Below are positions 19,539 to 29,489 of a stretch of DNA of 64,000 bases, piece after piece. The notes beneath the pieces are model-generated. The model was not told the origin of the DNA, did not search any database, and saw only the letters and a list, made by a program, of their open reading frames with translations. This DNA comes from an uncultured Flavobacteriaceae bacterium (lineage in GTDB: Bacteria; Bacteroidota; Bacteroidia; Flavobacteriales; Flavobacteriaceae). The stretch covers positions 46,083 through 110,082 of the forward strand of contig CAWGSM010000037.1 in NCBI GenBank assembly GCA_963825045.1, written 5' to 3'. The stretch's first letter is position 1. The number at the start of each line of letters is the position of its first letter. Both the position numbers and the translations under genes were made by a program.

Positions 19539-20460
19539 TTTGAGTTACTGTTTTAATAAAAATATCATTTACTGAAGGGATCACTTCTACAAAATGATTT
19601 ATTCTGGCCCTGGACAGCAAAAACTGGATCAAGTCGTTTGAAGGCTCGTTATCCTTTAGTTTAATAGTAAGTTTTAAATCTTCATTAATGCTTTTAAACT
19701 TAGCCGGTCCTATGATAAACTTTTCTTCCAGCTCTCGCTTTAATGCAGCTTCATCCCTGGCGTCCAGACCTACTTCATAGGTATTGGCTTTATACTCTTT
19801 TTTAATTTCTGAAACCTTTCCATCCAGGAGTTTATTAGACTTATGAATCAGTGCAATATAATCGCATAATTCCTCTACACTTTCCATCCTGTGGGTTGAA
19901 AAAAGAATGGTAGCTCCTTCTTCTTTTAACTGAAGAATCTCATCTTTTATAAGATTAGCATTAACAGGATCAAACCCACTAAAGGGTTCATCAAAAATAA
20001 GCAATTTGGGACGGTGCAATACCGTAATTACAAATTGTACCTTTTGGGCCATTCCTTTTGAAAGTTCCTGGATCTTTTTATCCCACCAACCTTCAATTCC
20101 CAGTCTTTTAAACCAATACTCAAGTCGTTCCTTGGCTTCAGCCCTGGATAAGCCTTTTAGTCTAGCCAAATACAACGCCTGCTCTCCCACTTTCATAGAC
20201 TTATAAAGACCACGTTCTTCCGGGAGATAACCTATATGCACAATATCATCGGGATGTAATGGCTTACCCTCAAGATACACCCGACCTTCATCGGGCATGG
20301 TAATCTGGTTTATAATCCTGAGTAAGGTTGTTTTTCCCGCGCCATTAGGTCCTAATAAACCGAAAATACTTTCTTTGGGGATATCGATCGAAACATTGTT
20401 GAGTGCAGTAAAATTTCCGAAGCGTTTATAGATATTTTCTGCAACCAAAAGATTTTCCAT
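19531..20460 (-). CDS. ABC transporter ATP-binding protein (NatA-like)
   Basis: GPNGAGKTT, LSKGM, FDEPFSG. Confidence 0.93.
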   Translation of the reverse strand: MENLLVAENIYKRFGNFTALNNVSIDIPKESIFGLLGPNGAGKTTLLRIINQITMPDEGRVYLEGKPLHPDDIVHIGYLPEERGLYKSMKVGEQALYLARLKGLSRAEAKERLEYWFKRLGIEGWWDKKIQELSKGMAQKVQFVITVLHRPKLLIFDEPFSGFDPVNANLIKDEILQLKEEGATILFSTHRMESVEELCDYIALIHKSNKLLDGKVSEIKKEYKANTYEVGLDARDEAALKRELEEKFIIGPAKFKSINEDLKLTIKLKDNEPSNDLIQFLLSRARINHFVEVIPSVNDIFIKTVTQNA

Positions 20461-20552
20461 AGAGCTTTTTATACGAATGTTAAATATATATAAATAGGTA
20501 GAGAGTGAAGATGGATTAAGAAGAAATTATAATTTTTACCTTTCCTTAAAAA

Positions 20553-20634
20553 CAAAACCCACCCTTAAATTTAATTAAGGATGGGAAAAAAATTGCTATG
20601 AAAAAGAAAAATTATCACTAAAAGACTTAGTGAT
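20553..20634 (-). ncRNA. Candidate small RNA between dnaJ and the ABC ATPase
   Basis: TATATTTG promoter box (20645-20638), 5' hairpin ATCACTAA/TTAGTGAT, U-rich linker, terminator CCCATCCTTA...TAAGGGTGGG-TTTTG. Confidence 0.5.
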
Positions 20635-20670
20635 TCTCAAATATATAAATTTTTTCTTAAAAGAGGACTT

Positions 20671-21786
20671 CTAAGAAAACATATCTTTAACTTTCTCAAA
20701 GAAGGATTTATCGCTTTTCTCAGGGTTTGGTCTGAAATTCTCATCATCGGCCATATTCTCAAAAAACTCTCTTTGCTCGCGCGAAAGGGTCTTCGGCGTC
20801 CATACATTTACATGTACCAAAAGGTCTCCTTTTCCATATCCGTTAATGCTGGAAATACCTTTCCCTCTTAATCTTAATATTTTTCCAGACTGGACTCCTT
20901 CATCCACTTTAATCCGAACTTTACCGCTTACGGTGTCTATCTCTTTGGAAGTTCCTAGCGCTGCTTCCGAATAGCTTATATAAAGATCATAATGCAGGTT
21001 ATCTCCCTCTCTTTGCAGAGTGGCATGCTCTTTTTCCTGAATAGCCACCAAAAGATCTCCGGGTATTCCGTTCCCCGGCGCATCATTTCCTTTTCCAGAA
21101 ACTTTCAACTGCATTCCATCCTCAACTCCTGCCGGAATTTTAATAGAAACTGTTTCCTCTTCCATCATTAATCCCTGGGGATCCGCACCTTCCGGTTTCT
21201 TATCGATGATCTGTCCTGTTCCACTACAGGTACCACAGGGAGAAGCGGTTTGCATTCTACCTAAAATTGTATTGGTCACCCGGGTAACCTGTCCAGTACC
21301 CTTACAGGTAGTACAGGTTTTATAGGTAGTACCAGGTGCGGTAACTTTCCGTTTTACCTTGATCTTTTTCTCACATCCATTAGCGATCTCTTCCAGGGTA
21401 AGGCTTACACGAATACGCAGATTACTTCCTTTGGTGCGACGCTGTCCTCCGCCAAAGCCTCCTCCGAAACCGGAAAAGCCTCCACCAAAGCCACCACCAA
21501 AGATGTCACCAAACTGGCTGAAGATATCATCCATATTCATTCCGCCACCACCAAATCCTCCTCCATCGAAGGCCTGATGACCAAATCTATCGTATTTTGC
21601 TCTTTTCTGCTCATTCCCGAGCACTTCATAAGCTTCGGCCGATTTTTTAAACATTTCCTCGGCATTAGCATCTCCCGGGTTTTTATCTGGATGATACTTA
21701 ATCGCCATTTTACGGTAAGCCTTTTTTATTTCAGGTCCGGAAGCATTTTTATTTACACCTAATATTTCGTAATAATCTTCTTTCAT
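20671..21786 (-). CDS. dnaJ: Chaperone DnaJ
   Basis: HPD J-domain, G/F-rich linker, CxxCxGxG motifs. Confidence 0.96.
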   Translation of the reverse strand: MKEDYYEILGVNKNASGPEIKKAYRKMAIKYHPDKNPGDANAEEMFKKSAEAYEVLGNEQKRAKYDRFGHQAFDGGGFGGGGMNMDDIFSQFGDIFGGGFGGGFSGFGGGFGGGQRRTKGSNLRIRVSLTLEEIANGCEKKIKVKRKVTAPGTTYKTCTTCKGTGQVTRVTNTILGRMQTASPCGTCSGTGQIIDKKPEGADPQGLMMEEETVSIKIPAGVEDGMQLKVSGKGNDAPGNGIPGDLLVAIQEKEHATLQREGDNLHYDLYISYSEAALGTSKEIDTVSGKVRIKVDEGVQSGKILRLRGKGISSINGYGKGDLLVHVNVWTPKTLSREQREFFENMADDENFRPNPEKSDKSFFEKVKDMFS

Positions 21787-21818
21787 GTTGGGTTTTTACA
21801 AATTTTGCAAAAGCTTTC

Positions 21819-22412
21819 TTACTGGCCGATAACCACTTTTGGATATCTGATGATGCGTTCGCCAAGTTTATAGCCTGGTTCTACAACATCAACAATCTTG
21901 CCTTTAAGTTTTTCAGAAGGGGCTGGAACCTGAGTGATCGCTTCATGGATCTCTGCATCAAAGTCATCCCCTTGCTCTACCGGCATTCGCTGCAGGCCTT
22001 TGCTTGTAAGGGTTTCTCTAAGCTTATTATGAATCAGCTCAATTCCTTGTAGCAGGTTATCGTCTGCCGATTTTCTCAATTCGTTCATCGCCCTGTCAAA
22101 ATCGTCCATTACCGGCAACATGGCTGTCATGACTTCCTGATTGGCAGTTTTAAACAATTCGAGTCTTTCTTTGGAAGTACGTCTCTTATAATTTTCAAAT
22201 TCGGCAAAAAGCCTTAAAAACTTATCCTTTTCCTTTTGAAGATCTTCTTTTAAAAGTTCTTCCTCGGTAAGATCAGATTCCCTGTTTTCAGGCTGGTCAT
22301 CAGCATTTTCCTTAGCATCCTCCACTTCATCGATAGCATTATCAATAGCCTCTTCCACCTGGTCTTTCACCTCTTTATTTTGATTTTGATTTTTATCTTC
22401 TTTACGGCTCAT
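21819..22412 (-). CDS. grpE: Nucleotide exchange factor GrpE
   Basis: AEFENYKRR, HEAI, GYKLGERIIR; ATG at 22412 preferred over the GTG at 22436. Confidence 0.95.
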   Translation of the reverse strand: MSRKEDKNQNQNKEVKDQVEEAIDNAIDEVEDAKENADDQPENRESDLTEEELLKEDLQKEKDKFLRLFAEFENYKRRTSKERLELFKTANQEVMTAMLPVMDDFDRAMNELRKSADDNLLQGIELIHNKLRETLTSKGLQRMPVEQGDDFDAEIHEAITQVPAPSEKLKGKIVDVVEPGYKLGERIIRYPKVVIGQ

Positions 22413-22442
22413 TCTTTTAAATTTTTCTTCAGCCACCTAAGG

Positions 22443-22482
22443 TCAAATTCATTGCCAATTCATTCAAAATGTCAAAATGTCA
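22443..22482 (-). promoter_or_regulatory. Sigma54-like -24/-12 element with an upstream TGACA direct repeat
   Basis: Minus strand reads TGACAtttTGACA...TTGGCAatgaatTTGA. Confidence 0.5.
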
Positions 22483-22565
22483 CAAGATCTTTTAGTAATT
22501 TTTTGGGAAGACATCATCGATAAAGGTTTTAATTTCGGCACTTAAATCAATAAAATTAAGACCAA

Positions 22566-23231
22566 ATGAAAAATATATTTCGAAGCACTTTACTCGTGGC
22601 TTTCTTAGCAATAAGTTTCACCTCGTGCAAAAATAATAAAGAAGCTGAAATTGCTGAAGCCAAAGAAGCAGCATCCGAATCTCATGAAGCTGTTAAATAT
22701 GAAGTTGATACGGCTGCAACAGTTATTGAATGGATGGGTGAAAAACCTACCGCCCAACATCACGGAACCATCGATGTTGCTGAAGGATATTTCACTTATA
22801 ATGATAGCACACTTGAAAGCGGTTCTTTTAAGATAGATATGAAAAGTATTACTGTAAATGATCTGGAAGGTGACCAAAAAGTGAATCTTGAGTCTCATTT
22901 AAAAGGAACTGTGAAAGGTAAGGAAGGGGACTTCTTTAATGTAAATAAATTCCCACAGGCTAGCTTTGAACTTACCGGGCTTTCTAAAGAAGACAATCAA
23001 ACAATGATGCAGGGAAACCTAAGTATTAAAGAAGATACCAAAAATATTTCTTTTCCTGTAACCGTCTCTCAGGACGGTGGGAAATTAACAATTACCAGTG
23101 AAGAATTTACTATAGACCGAACCAAATGGAAAGTGAACTATGGATCCAAATCTGTATTTGAAGGTCTTGGCGACAAATTCATTAGCGATGATGTGCAGCT
23201 TAAAATTAAAGTTATTGCCACCAAAGCTTAA
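22566..23231 (+). CDS. YceI-family lipoprotein
   Basis: Lipobox FTSC, HHGTI, LESHLK, DFFNVNKFP, IDRTKW. Confidence 0.9.
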   Translation: MKNIFRSTLLVAFLAISFTSCKNNKEAEIAEAKEAASESHEAVKYEVDTAATVIEWMGEKPTAQHHGTIDVAEGYFTYNDSTLESGSFKIDMKSITVNDLEGDQKVNLESHLKGTVKGKEGDFFNVNKFPQASFELTGLSKEDNQTMMQGNLSIKEDTKNISFPVTVSQDGGKLTITSEEFTIDRTKWKVNYGSKSVFEGLGDKFISDDVQLKIKVIATKA

Positions 23232-23253
23232 TTTAAATCGAAAATATAGAATG

Positions 23254-23283
23254 AAAAGGCTGCTTATACGCAGTCTTTTTTTG
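23254..23283. terminator. Bidirectional terminator
   Basis: AAAAGGCTGC-ttatac-GCAGTCTTTT between convergent genes. Confidence 0.7.
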
Positions 23284-23284
23284 T

Positions 23285-24187
23285 TTAGGAAAGATCTGCG
23301 AGAGCCCGGGCAAGATTCTTATATTTAAAATCATAACCCGCACTTTCAATTTTTTCACTACTTACCAGCTGACTTGAAAGTACCATTTGTGACATTTCTC
23401 CCAATAATGTTTTCAGGACTATTTTAGGCACATTAGGCAACCAGAGCGGTTTATTCATTTGTTTCGCAAGTTCCTTTGTAAGTTCTTTATTGGTCACTGG
23501 ATTAGGGGCTGTGGCATTGTAGATGCCTGACAGGTTATTTTCAATGGCGAACAGAAATATTCGGGCTAGGTCCTCAATATGAATCCAGGATTGCCATTGT
23601 TTGCCACTACCCAGCGCAGCTCCTAAATTAATGGAAACCGGTTTCTTTATCTTTTCCAACATTCCTCCCTCTTCAGCCATCACAAGGCCAATCCTGATCT
23701 TTGCCACATCCAAACCTTCTTTTTCAAATTCATCTGCCGCAGCTTCCCATTTTACGACTACTTCGCCAAGAAAATTGTCGGCTACCAGCTTATCATCTTC
23801 AAAATAAAGTTTTTGAAGCGAACTCGGATAAATACCAATGGCGCTGGCAGAAATAAAATTTTCCACCTCGTGGCTTTCTTCTTTCAGTGTTTTTAACAAT
23901 AAGGCTGCTGTTTGGGTACGACTTCGTATTATAGTTCGCTTATATGAGTTGGACCAGGGTTCTGCAATACTTGCTCCAGCAAGATGGACAATGGTTTTTA
24001 CACCTTCGATACAAGCTTTCTCAATCTGGCCTTCAGCAGGGTCCCAATAAAAGCCTTTATAATCATCTTCTTTTGAAATTTTGGATTTAGAAGTAGTAAG
24101 ATAATTGACTTTAATTCCTTTTTCACGGCATAAACTGGTGACCTTCGAACCAATCATTCCCGTAGCACCTGTAATTAATACCCGCAT
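23285..24187 (-). CDS. TIGR01777-family NAD-dependent epimerase/oxidoreductase
   Basis: ITGATGMIG, HLAGASI, QWQSWIHIED. Confidence 0.9.
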   Translation of the reverse strand: MRVLITGATGMIGSKVTSLCREKGIKVNYLTTSKSKISKEDDYKGFYWDPAEGQIEKACIEGVKTIVHLAGASIAEPWSNSYKRTIIRSRTQTAALLLKTLKEESHEVENFISASAIGIYPSSLQKLYFEDDKLVADNFLGEVVVKWEAAADEFEKEGLDVAKIRIGLVMAEEGGMLEKIKKPVSINLGAALGSGKQWQSWIHIEDLARIFLFAIENNLSGIYNATAPNPVTNKELTKELAKQMNKPLWLPNVPKIVLKTLLGEMSQMVLSSQLVSSEKIESAGYDFKYKNLARALADLS

Positions 24188-24257
24188 TTTTTATTTTCAA
24201 TATACGCAAGTATTAAAGTCCCTGCTGAATTTTATTAGAGGTTTAACGGGCTATCTC

Positions 24258-24932
24258 TTATTTTTTAACAGCCCTTAACATTTCTCTCTTTCCTGGTGGT
24301 CCCGGAAGTTTTTTCACCAGGAAACCTGAAGCCAGCATGGCTCTTCTTACACTTCCCTTGGCGGCATAGGTAACCAAAACACCATTCGTTTTTAAGGATC
24401 TGTACATATTTTGAAAAACTGTCTCTGTCCAAAGTTCAGGTTGAACCCTCGCCCCAAAAGCGTCAAAATATATAAGATCATAAAGTTCATTATCATCAAT
24501 TTCAGCAAATTTCTTTTGCTGTTTGGTTAGTTTAAAATATTCAGAAATAATGGCCTCCTTTTCCCATTCAACTTCATGTATTTGCTGAAAAAATTCTGAT
24601 TTATCTGCAGCTCCCGAAGCTTCGGGATAATTTAAAAGTGAAATTTCTTCCTTTGAAACAGGATAAGCTTCTACGCCTGTATATTTGATAGAATGCTGAA
24701 GTTTCCCAGCTTCAAGAAAAGTCAGAAAAGCATTTAGACCCGTCCCAAAACCAATTTCAAGAATTGAAATCTCTGAAGAATTATTGTTTTCGAGGAAATA
24801 TTCAAGGCCCATTTTTAAAAAAACGTGTCGGGCTTCCTGCACAGCTCCATGCCGGGAATGATATTGTTCATCCCATTCTGGAAGGTGAATGGTCACCGAG
24901 CCGTCATCTGTTTTTATAATCTTTCTTTCCAA
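24258..24932 (-). CDS. mnmD: tRNA mnm5s2U34 methyltransferase (MnmC2/MnmD)
   Basis: EQYHSRHGA, LEIGFGTGLN, YFDAF, PGPPGKREM. Confidence 0.88.
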   Translation of the reverse strand: MERKIIKTDDGSVTIHLPEWDEQYHSRHGAVQEARHVFLKMGLEYFLENNNSSEISILEIGFGTGLNAFLTFLEAGKLQHSIKYTGVEAYPVSKEEISLLNYPEASGAADKSEFFQQIHEVEWEKEAIISEYFKLTKQQKKFAEIDDNELYDLIYFDAFGARVQPELWTETVFQNMYRSLKTNGVLVTYAAKGSVRRAMLASGFLVKKLPGPPGKREMLRAVKK

Positions 24933-25442
24933 TTAATTTTTTACTAAAACACCATCAGCAATAAAACCGAAATTCTTTTGAGGTGCCTTGATGGAAGCTA
25001 TTTCTTCCTCATTTTTCCGGGCATCTGCAGCATAATGCTTTTGATCTTCTACAGAAGTTTCCTCAATAAATGCCTTACCGCGAACAATTACATCTCTACC
25101 TACAATATCTTTGGGAACAAAAAAACCATAGTTCAGGAATTTGACCATTGCATCATCTATTCCAGGCAAATCTAAAACCATCCAACAACCTTTCATTTCG
25201 CAAACGCTGTTCACTTTAGCTTTAAATTTCGCATTGATAGTGTCTCCTCTTCGTAAACTACCATATTTTTCTAGCATCACCGACGAAGAGAAAGTTCCTT
25301 GCGGACTTATTTTCGCACCAAAAGATTCATATTCTTCCTGAGGTTCAGCCTCAGCTACTACATCTTTTTTATCGCTCTTGTGGGTCTCATTGCAGGATAG
25401 GCAACCTATTAATAAAGCGAAAACATAGATGTATTTTTTCAT
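24933..25442 (-). CDS. DUF4920 lipoprotein
   Basis: Lipobox CLSC; VCEMKGCWM, YGFFVP. Confidence 0.85.
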   Translation of the reverse strand: MKKYIYVFALLIGCLSCNETHKSDKKDVVAEAEPQEEYESFGAKISPQGTFSSSVMLEKYGSLRRGDTINAKFKAKVNSVCEMKGCWMVLDLPGIDDAMVKFLNYGFFVPKDIVGRDVIVRGKAFIEETSVEDQKHYAADARKNEEEIASIKAPQKNFGFIADGVLVKN

Positions 25443-25514
25443 AAGGATAGTAATTATGGGCAATTGACTTCAAATTTACCAAAACTTTAGATTTTGATTC
25501 TGTTTTTTATTCGG

Positions 25515-25522
25515 TAAATTTG
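25515..25522 (+). promoter_or_regulatory. Bacteroidota housekeeping -7 promoter box TAAATTTG (ilvE); mirror box for the DUF4920 gene at 25471-25478 (-)
   Basis: Matches TAnnTTTG about 27 nt upstream of the ATG. Confidence 0.6.
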
Positions 25523-25548
25523 CGGAGTTATATAAAAATCACATATCT

Positions 25549-26598
25549 ATGATAGAAATACAAAAATCTCCCAATTCTAAAATTAGGAACACAAATTTTA
25601 ACAATCTCGTTTTCGGGCAGGTTTTTTCAGATCATATGATGGAATGTGACTACAAGAACGGAGAATGGCAAAAACCAGTTATAAAACCCTATGGACCTTT
25701 AAGTATAGCTCCCTCAGCCAGAGTTTTACATTATGGGCAGGCCGTTTTTGAAGGCATGAAGGCATATAAAGATAAAGACGATAAAATCTGGTTATTTCGT
25801 CCCGATCAAAATTTTGAAAGAATAAACAAATCCAGTAAAAGACTTGCTATTCCTGAATTCCCAAGAGAATATTTCTTCGAAGCTCTTGAGGAGTTATTGA
25901 AACTTGATAGCGAATGGATCAAGAAAGGTTTTGGAAACAGTCTTTATATAAGACCTTTTGTAATAGCTACAGAAGCTGGAGTATCGGCTTCGGCCGCCAA
26001 GGAATATAAATTCATGATCATTTGTTCTCCCGCTCAGGCTTATTATAGCGGTGAAGTTAGGGTGAAATTTTCAGATCATTATAGCCGGGCCGCCGATGGT
26101 GGTGTTGGATTCGCAAAAGCAGCCGGTAATTACGGAGCTCAATTCTATCCTACCGATCTTGCCAAAGAAGAAGGGTATCAACAGATTATATGGACAGATG
26201 CTCATTCCCATGAGTATTTAGAGGAAGCGGGCACCATGAATATCTTCTTCCGTGTAGGAGATAAACTCATTACGGCCCCTATTAGTGACAGGATTCTGGA
26301 CGGGGTTACACGTAAAAGCGTTATAACACTTGCCGAAGAATACAATATTGAACTAGAAGTTAGAAAAGTAAGTGTTGAAGAAATTCTTGAAGCGGCGAGA
26401 AGTGGCGAATTAAAAGAGATCTTTGGCTCGGGAACTGCTACTGTAATTAATCCTATTTCAGGTTTTGGCTTTAAAAATGAGAGATTTGAATTACCTGATA
26501 TGAAAGATTCTTACGGGCGATTCTTCAAAGATAAATTGATGAAGATCCAGTATAATGAAGCTGAAGATAAATTTGGCTGGAGATACGAAGTCAAATAG
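25549..26598 (+). CDS. ilvE: Branched-chain amino acid aminotransferase
   Basis: LHYGQAVFEGMKAY, LYIRPF, AKAAGNY, ILDGVTR. Confidence 0.95.
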   Translation: MIEIQKSPNSKIRNTNFNNLVFGQVFSDHMMECDYKNGEWQKPVIKPYGPLSIAPSARVLHYGQAVFEGMKAYKDKDDKIWLFRPDQNFERINKSSKRLAIPEFPREYFFEALEELLKLDSEWIKKGFGNSLYIRPFVIATEAGVSASAAKEYKFMIICSPAQAYYSGEVRVKFSDHYSRAADGGVGFAKAAGNYGAQFYPTDLAKEEGYQQIIWTDAHSHEYLEEAGTMNIFFRVGDKLITAPISDRILDGVTRKSVITLAEEYNIELEVRKVSVEEILEAARSGELKEIFGSGTATVINPISGFGFKNERFELPDMKDSYGRFFKDKLMKIQYNEAEDKFGWRYEVK

Positions 26599-26623
26599 AA
26601 AAATTCAGTTTTTAATAAAACAG

Positions 26624-26651
26624 ATCCCGGTTTAAATTAGCCGGGATTTTA
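26624..26651 (+). terminator. Rho-independent terminator
   Basis: ATCCCGG...CCGGGAT followed by T's. Confidence 0.7.
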
Positions 26652-27692
26652 TTTAGGAGGAAATAATACTGGGATTCTATATTCCCTATCATTCTCAGTT
26701 TTATCTGATGGATTGGCTCTCTTAAAAACCAGGTATCCTCTTTCATCATCGGGAGCATCAAATTGGATGTTTCCAGAAAAATCCACGAAATCTTCGGTCA
26801 TCCAGCTTCCTTTAGCCGTAATAAAACTTTCACCAAGTTTTTTGCCATCCTTATCAAGCAGCACTATAGGAGCATCGGCCTCAAAGAACCAATAACCTCT
26901 GGCTTTCCCTTTGACTTTTAAAGGAGATGTTATTTCAATATTGGGTAAGGGACTTTCTACTCTTATCAAATCTGATATTTCTCTATTATTAGCATTTTCA
27001 AATTTGAAGGACTCAAGAATATCTAAGATTTTACGTCCTAAAGCGACCTCCAACTCGCCATAATACCTTACCTGGTCACCTCCGCCAAGTTCCTGACAAT
27101 CCTGCATAGTCTTTTCGTTTCCATCTTTATCAAAGCATCTTGCATCAAAGTTCTTAACCGGAAAGTGAACAAAAATCACGGCATGATCCTTCCAATTCGC
27201 CGGTGGATTTTTAAACCTAAAAAAGAAAGCCCAGGCCTCTCCAGAGTTCAAAAGATACACATTGCTTTCTTCTATATTAAGAGCTGGTAAATTGGGAATC
27301 TCCCCATCCCATTCTTTCAAATTTCGTGTTTCTCCCGAGGGACCATCTACGGCCAGACCCTCGGGCAGGATCGCCAGGTAAGCATTTTCAGCTTCCTCAT
27401 GAATACCAAACGGCGGATTAAAACTATCGTTTTGGGAATAAATATTAATAACCGGTCCACCAGAAAGTTCCGATTCCAAAACCTGGAATCCCTCAGGATA
27501 ATTAAAAGAGAAATTCCATTTTTTATTCTGATATTTAATTTTTCCGGCTTCCTGCTCTTTTTCTTCTAATTTCTGTTCCCAATTTGTGTTTAACTTTTCA
27601 GAGTCCTTTTCCTGCTGAGAAACCTTCTCCTTTGTATCATTCCTGCAGGAAATGCAAAAAAGTAAACTAAGAATTAAAATTAGTGTCCTCAT
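26649..27692 (-). CDS. Lipoprotein with C-terminal Gmad2 immunoglobulin-like domain
   Basis: Lipobox CISC; SPLKVKGKARGYWFFEA, WMTEDFV, NPS. Confidence 0.75.
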   Translation of the reverse strand: MRTLILILSLLFCISCRNDTKEKVSQQEKDSEKLNTNWEQKLEEKEQEAGKIKYQNKKWNFSFNYPEGFQVLESELSGGPVINIYSQNDSFNPPFGIHEEAENAYLAILPEGLAVDGPSGETRNLKEWDGEIPNLPALNIEESNVYLLNSGEAWAFFFRFKNPPANWKDHAVIFVHFPVKNFDARCFDKDGNEKTMQDCQELGGGDQVRYYGELEVALGRKILDILESFKFENANNREISDLIRVESPLPNIEITSPLKVKGKARGYWFFEADAPIVLLDKDGKKLGESFITAKGSWMTEDFVDFSGNIQFDAPDDERGYLVFKRANPSDKTENDREYRIPVLFPPK

Positions 27693-27746
27693 TTTTCTTG
27701 GGAAAATAAAAAAGTGAATCTAGATTATTTCAAAATCACTTAAATC

Positions 27747-28133
27747 CTAATCATTCAGAATATTACTGAAATCTGGTTTAAAATAATTTGGGCCTTTAAG
27801 AACTTTGCCGTCCTCCCGGTAAACAGGTTTGCCATCTTCATCCAGCTTGCTCATATTGCTTGCCTGTATTTCATCAAAAACCTCCTCGATCTTATGTTGC
27901 ATCCCATGTTCAATGATAGTACCGCAAAGGATGTATAGCATATCGCCAAGAGCATCAGCGACTTCGGTAAGATCATTATTGCTGGCCGCTTCCAGATATT
28001 CTTCATTCTCTTCTTTCATCAAATTGAACCTCAGCAAATTTTTGGCTTCTCCAAGATCGGCAACAGGATTTTCTTTTATTCCAAGTCCAAATGCAGAATG
28101 AAATTCTTTAACGGCGGCAATTCTTTTCTTCAT
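27747..28133 (-). CDS. MazG-like nucleoside triphosphate pyrophosphohydrolase
   Basis: EENEEY, EVADALGD, SNMSKL, DGKVLKG. Confidence 0.9.
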   Translation of the reverse strand: MKKRIAAVKEFHSAFGLGIKENPVADLGEAKNLLRFNLMKEENEEYLEAASNNDLTEVADALGDMLYILCGTIIEHGMQHKIEEVFDEIQASNMSKLDEDGKPVYREDGKVLKGPNYFKPDFSNILND

Positions 28134-28176
28134 AGTTTCCAGCTTTTAAAGTTAACTTTGCATAAAAATAATCAAA

Positions 28177-28365
28177 ATGTTTTCTACGGGACAACTCATT
28201 TTTGCCGGATTCTTCCTTATTGCTTTTATTATTATAATGATCTTTAGTTACAGGAAAGATACCAAACTGCACCGGAAATATTATAAAGGCAGTATTTATG
28301 TTTTGATAGGGTTTATTCTTTTTATTCTAATGCTGTTTTTTATTAAAACACAGCTAAACCATTAA
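28177..28365 (+). CDS. Small 2-TM membrane protein
   Basis: 62 aa; TAACTTTG promoter box at 28153-28160. Confidence 0.7.
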   Translation: MFSTGQLIFAGFFLIAFIIIMIFSYRKDTKLHRKYYKGSIYVLIGFILFILMLFFIKTQLNH

Positions 28366-28433
28366 TAACGAAGGAAACTTCCTTCAGGCTATTTTGTAAA
28401 TTGCCTATATTAGCATAACCAATCAAACATTCA

Positions 28434-29489
28434 ATGAAAATCTTCAAATATCTTTTTTTCCTCCTGCTTATTTTTATAATTGGCGCCTCTATTTATATAG
28501 CCACCAAGGATGGTAAATTTCAGATTGAGCAAACTCAATTAATGAAGGCACCTCAGGAGGTAGTTTTTAATGAAGTGAACGAATACAGAAACTGGAAAAA
28601 CTGGGAACCATGGTCTCAGGAAAGTGATGACATGATTATTAATTATGGGGATAAGACCAAAGGAGAAGGAGCGTCTTATTCGTGGAACAGTGAAGAAATG
28701 GGGGATGGTGAAATTACTACTACCCAGGCTAATCCATTTAGCAGTTTGGAGCAGCAAATAACTTTCAAAACTCCGTTTGGTGAAAGTTCAAGCCATGTAT
28801 ACTGGCAATTTACTCAGGAAGGTGATAGTACTTTGGTAACCTGGGGAATGAAAGGCGAACAAAGTTTTATGGAGAAAGTGGCTTTTACTTTTCAGGAGGA
28901 AAGTCTTACAGATATGATGCAACCCATGTTTAAAGAAGGTCTCGATAATCTTGAAAGATCTATAAAAGCTAAAATGGAAACTTATTCCATTAATGTAGAT
29001 GGGGTTACGCAGCATGGTGGTGGTTATTATATGTATACAGCCACAGCCAGTAAAATTAGCCAGGTACAGGAAAAAATGGCGAATATGATCAAACAGGTAT
29101 CTCGTTATATGGATGAAAATTCTATAGAAAAAGCAGGCAAACCTTTTGTAATATACAATCAATGGGATGAAGATCAGGGGACGGCAATTTTCTCGGCTGG
29201 CTTTTTCACCCCCAGTGAGGTGGTCACTCCTTCTGAAAGTGCTATCCTTACAGGCTATATGCCTAAGCAACGAACTTTAAGAGTTAGTCTTAAGGGCGAT
29301 TATGGAAATTTAAAAGAAGCCTGGGATAAAGCTTACGAATACCTTGAAAGCAATGGATTAATCGTTGATGAAAATGCCAAGCCTTTTGAAATATATCCTA
29401 CAGGACCAAATGATCATGCCAATCCGGCTGAATGGGTAACCCAGATCTATATTCCATTAACAGAAGCATCAAATAAAGATAATGCTTAA
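28434..29489 (+). CDS. SRPBCC + GyrI-like effector-binding domain protein
   Basis: WKNWEPW/GASYSW N-domain; KGDYGNLKEAW, EIY, TQIYIP C-domain. Confidence 0.85.
   Translation: MKIFKYLFFLLLIFIIGASIYIATKDGKFQIEQTQLMKAPQEVVFNEVNEYRNWKNWEPWSQESDDMIINYGDKTKGEGASYSWNSEEMGDGEITTTQANPFSSLEQQITFKTPFGESSSHVYWQFTQEGDSTLVTWGMKGEQSFMEKVAFTFQEESLTDMMQPMFKEGLDNLERSIKAKMETYSINVDGVTQHGGGYYMYTATASKISQVQEKMANMIKQVSRYMDENSIEKAGKPFVIYNQWDEDQGTAIFSAGFFTPSEVVTPSESAILTGYMPKQRTLRVSLKGDYGNLKEAWDKAYEYLESNGLIVDENAKPFEIYPTGPNDHANPAEWVTQIYIPLTEASNKDNA

Noticed and set aside
28366-29482. Fluoride riboswitch for crcB
   Set aside because: crcB overlaps the upstream CDS and I saw no GGCGATGG-type aptamer upstream of the operon
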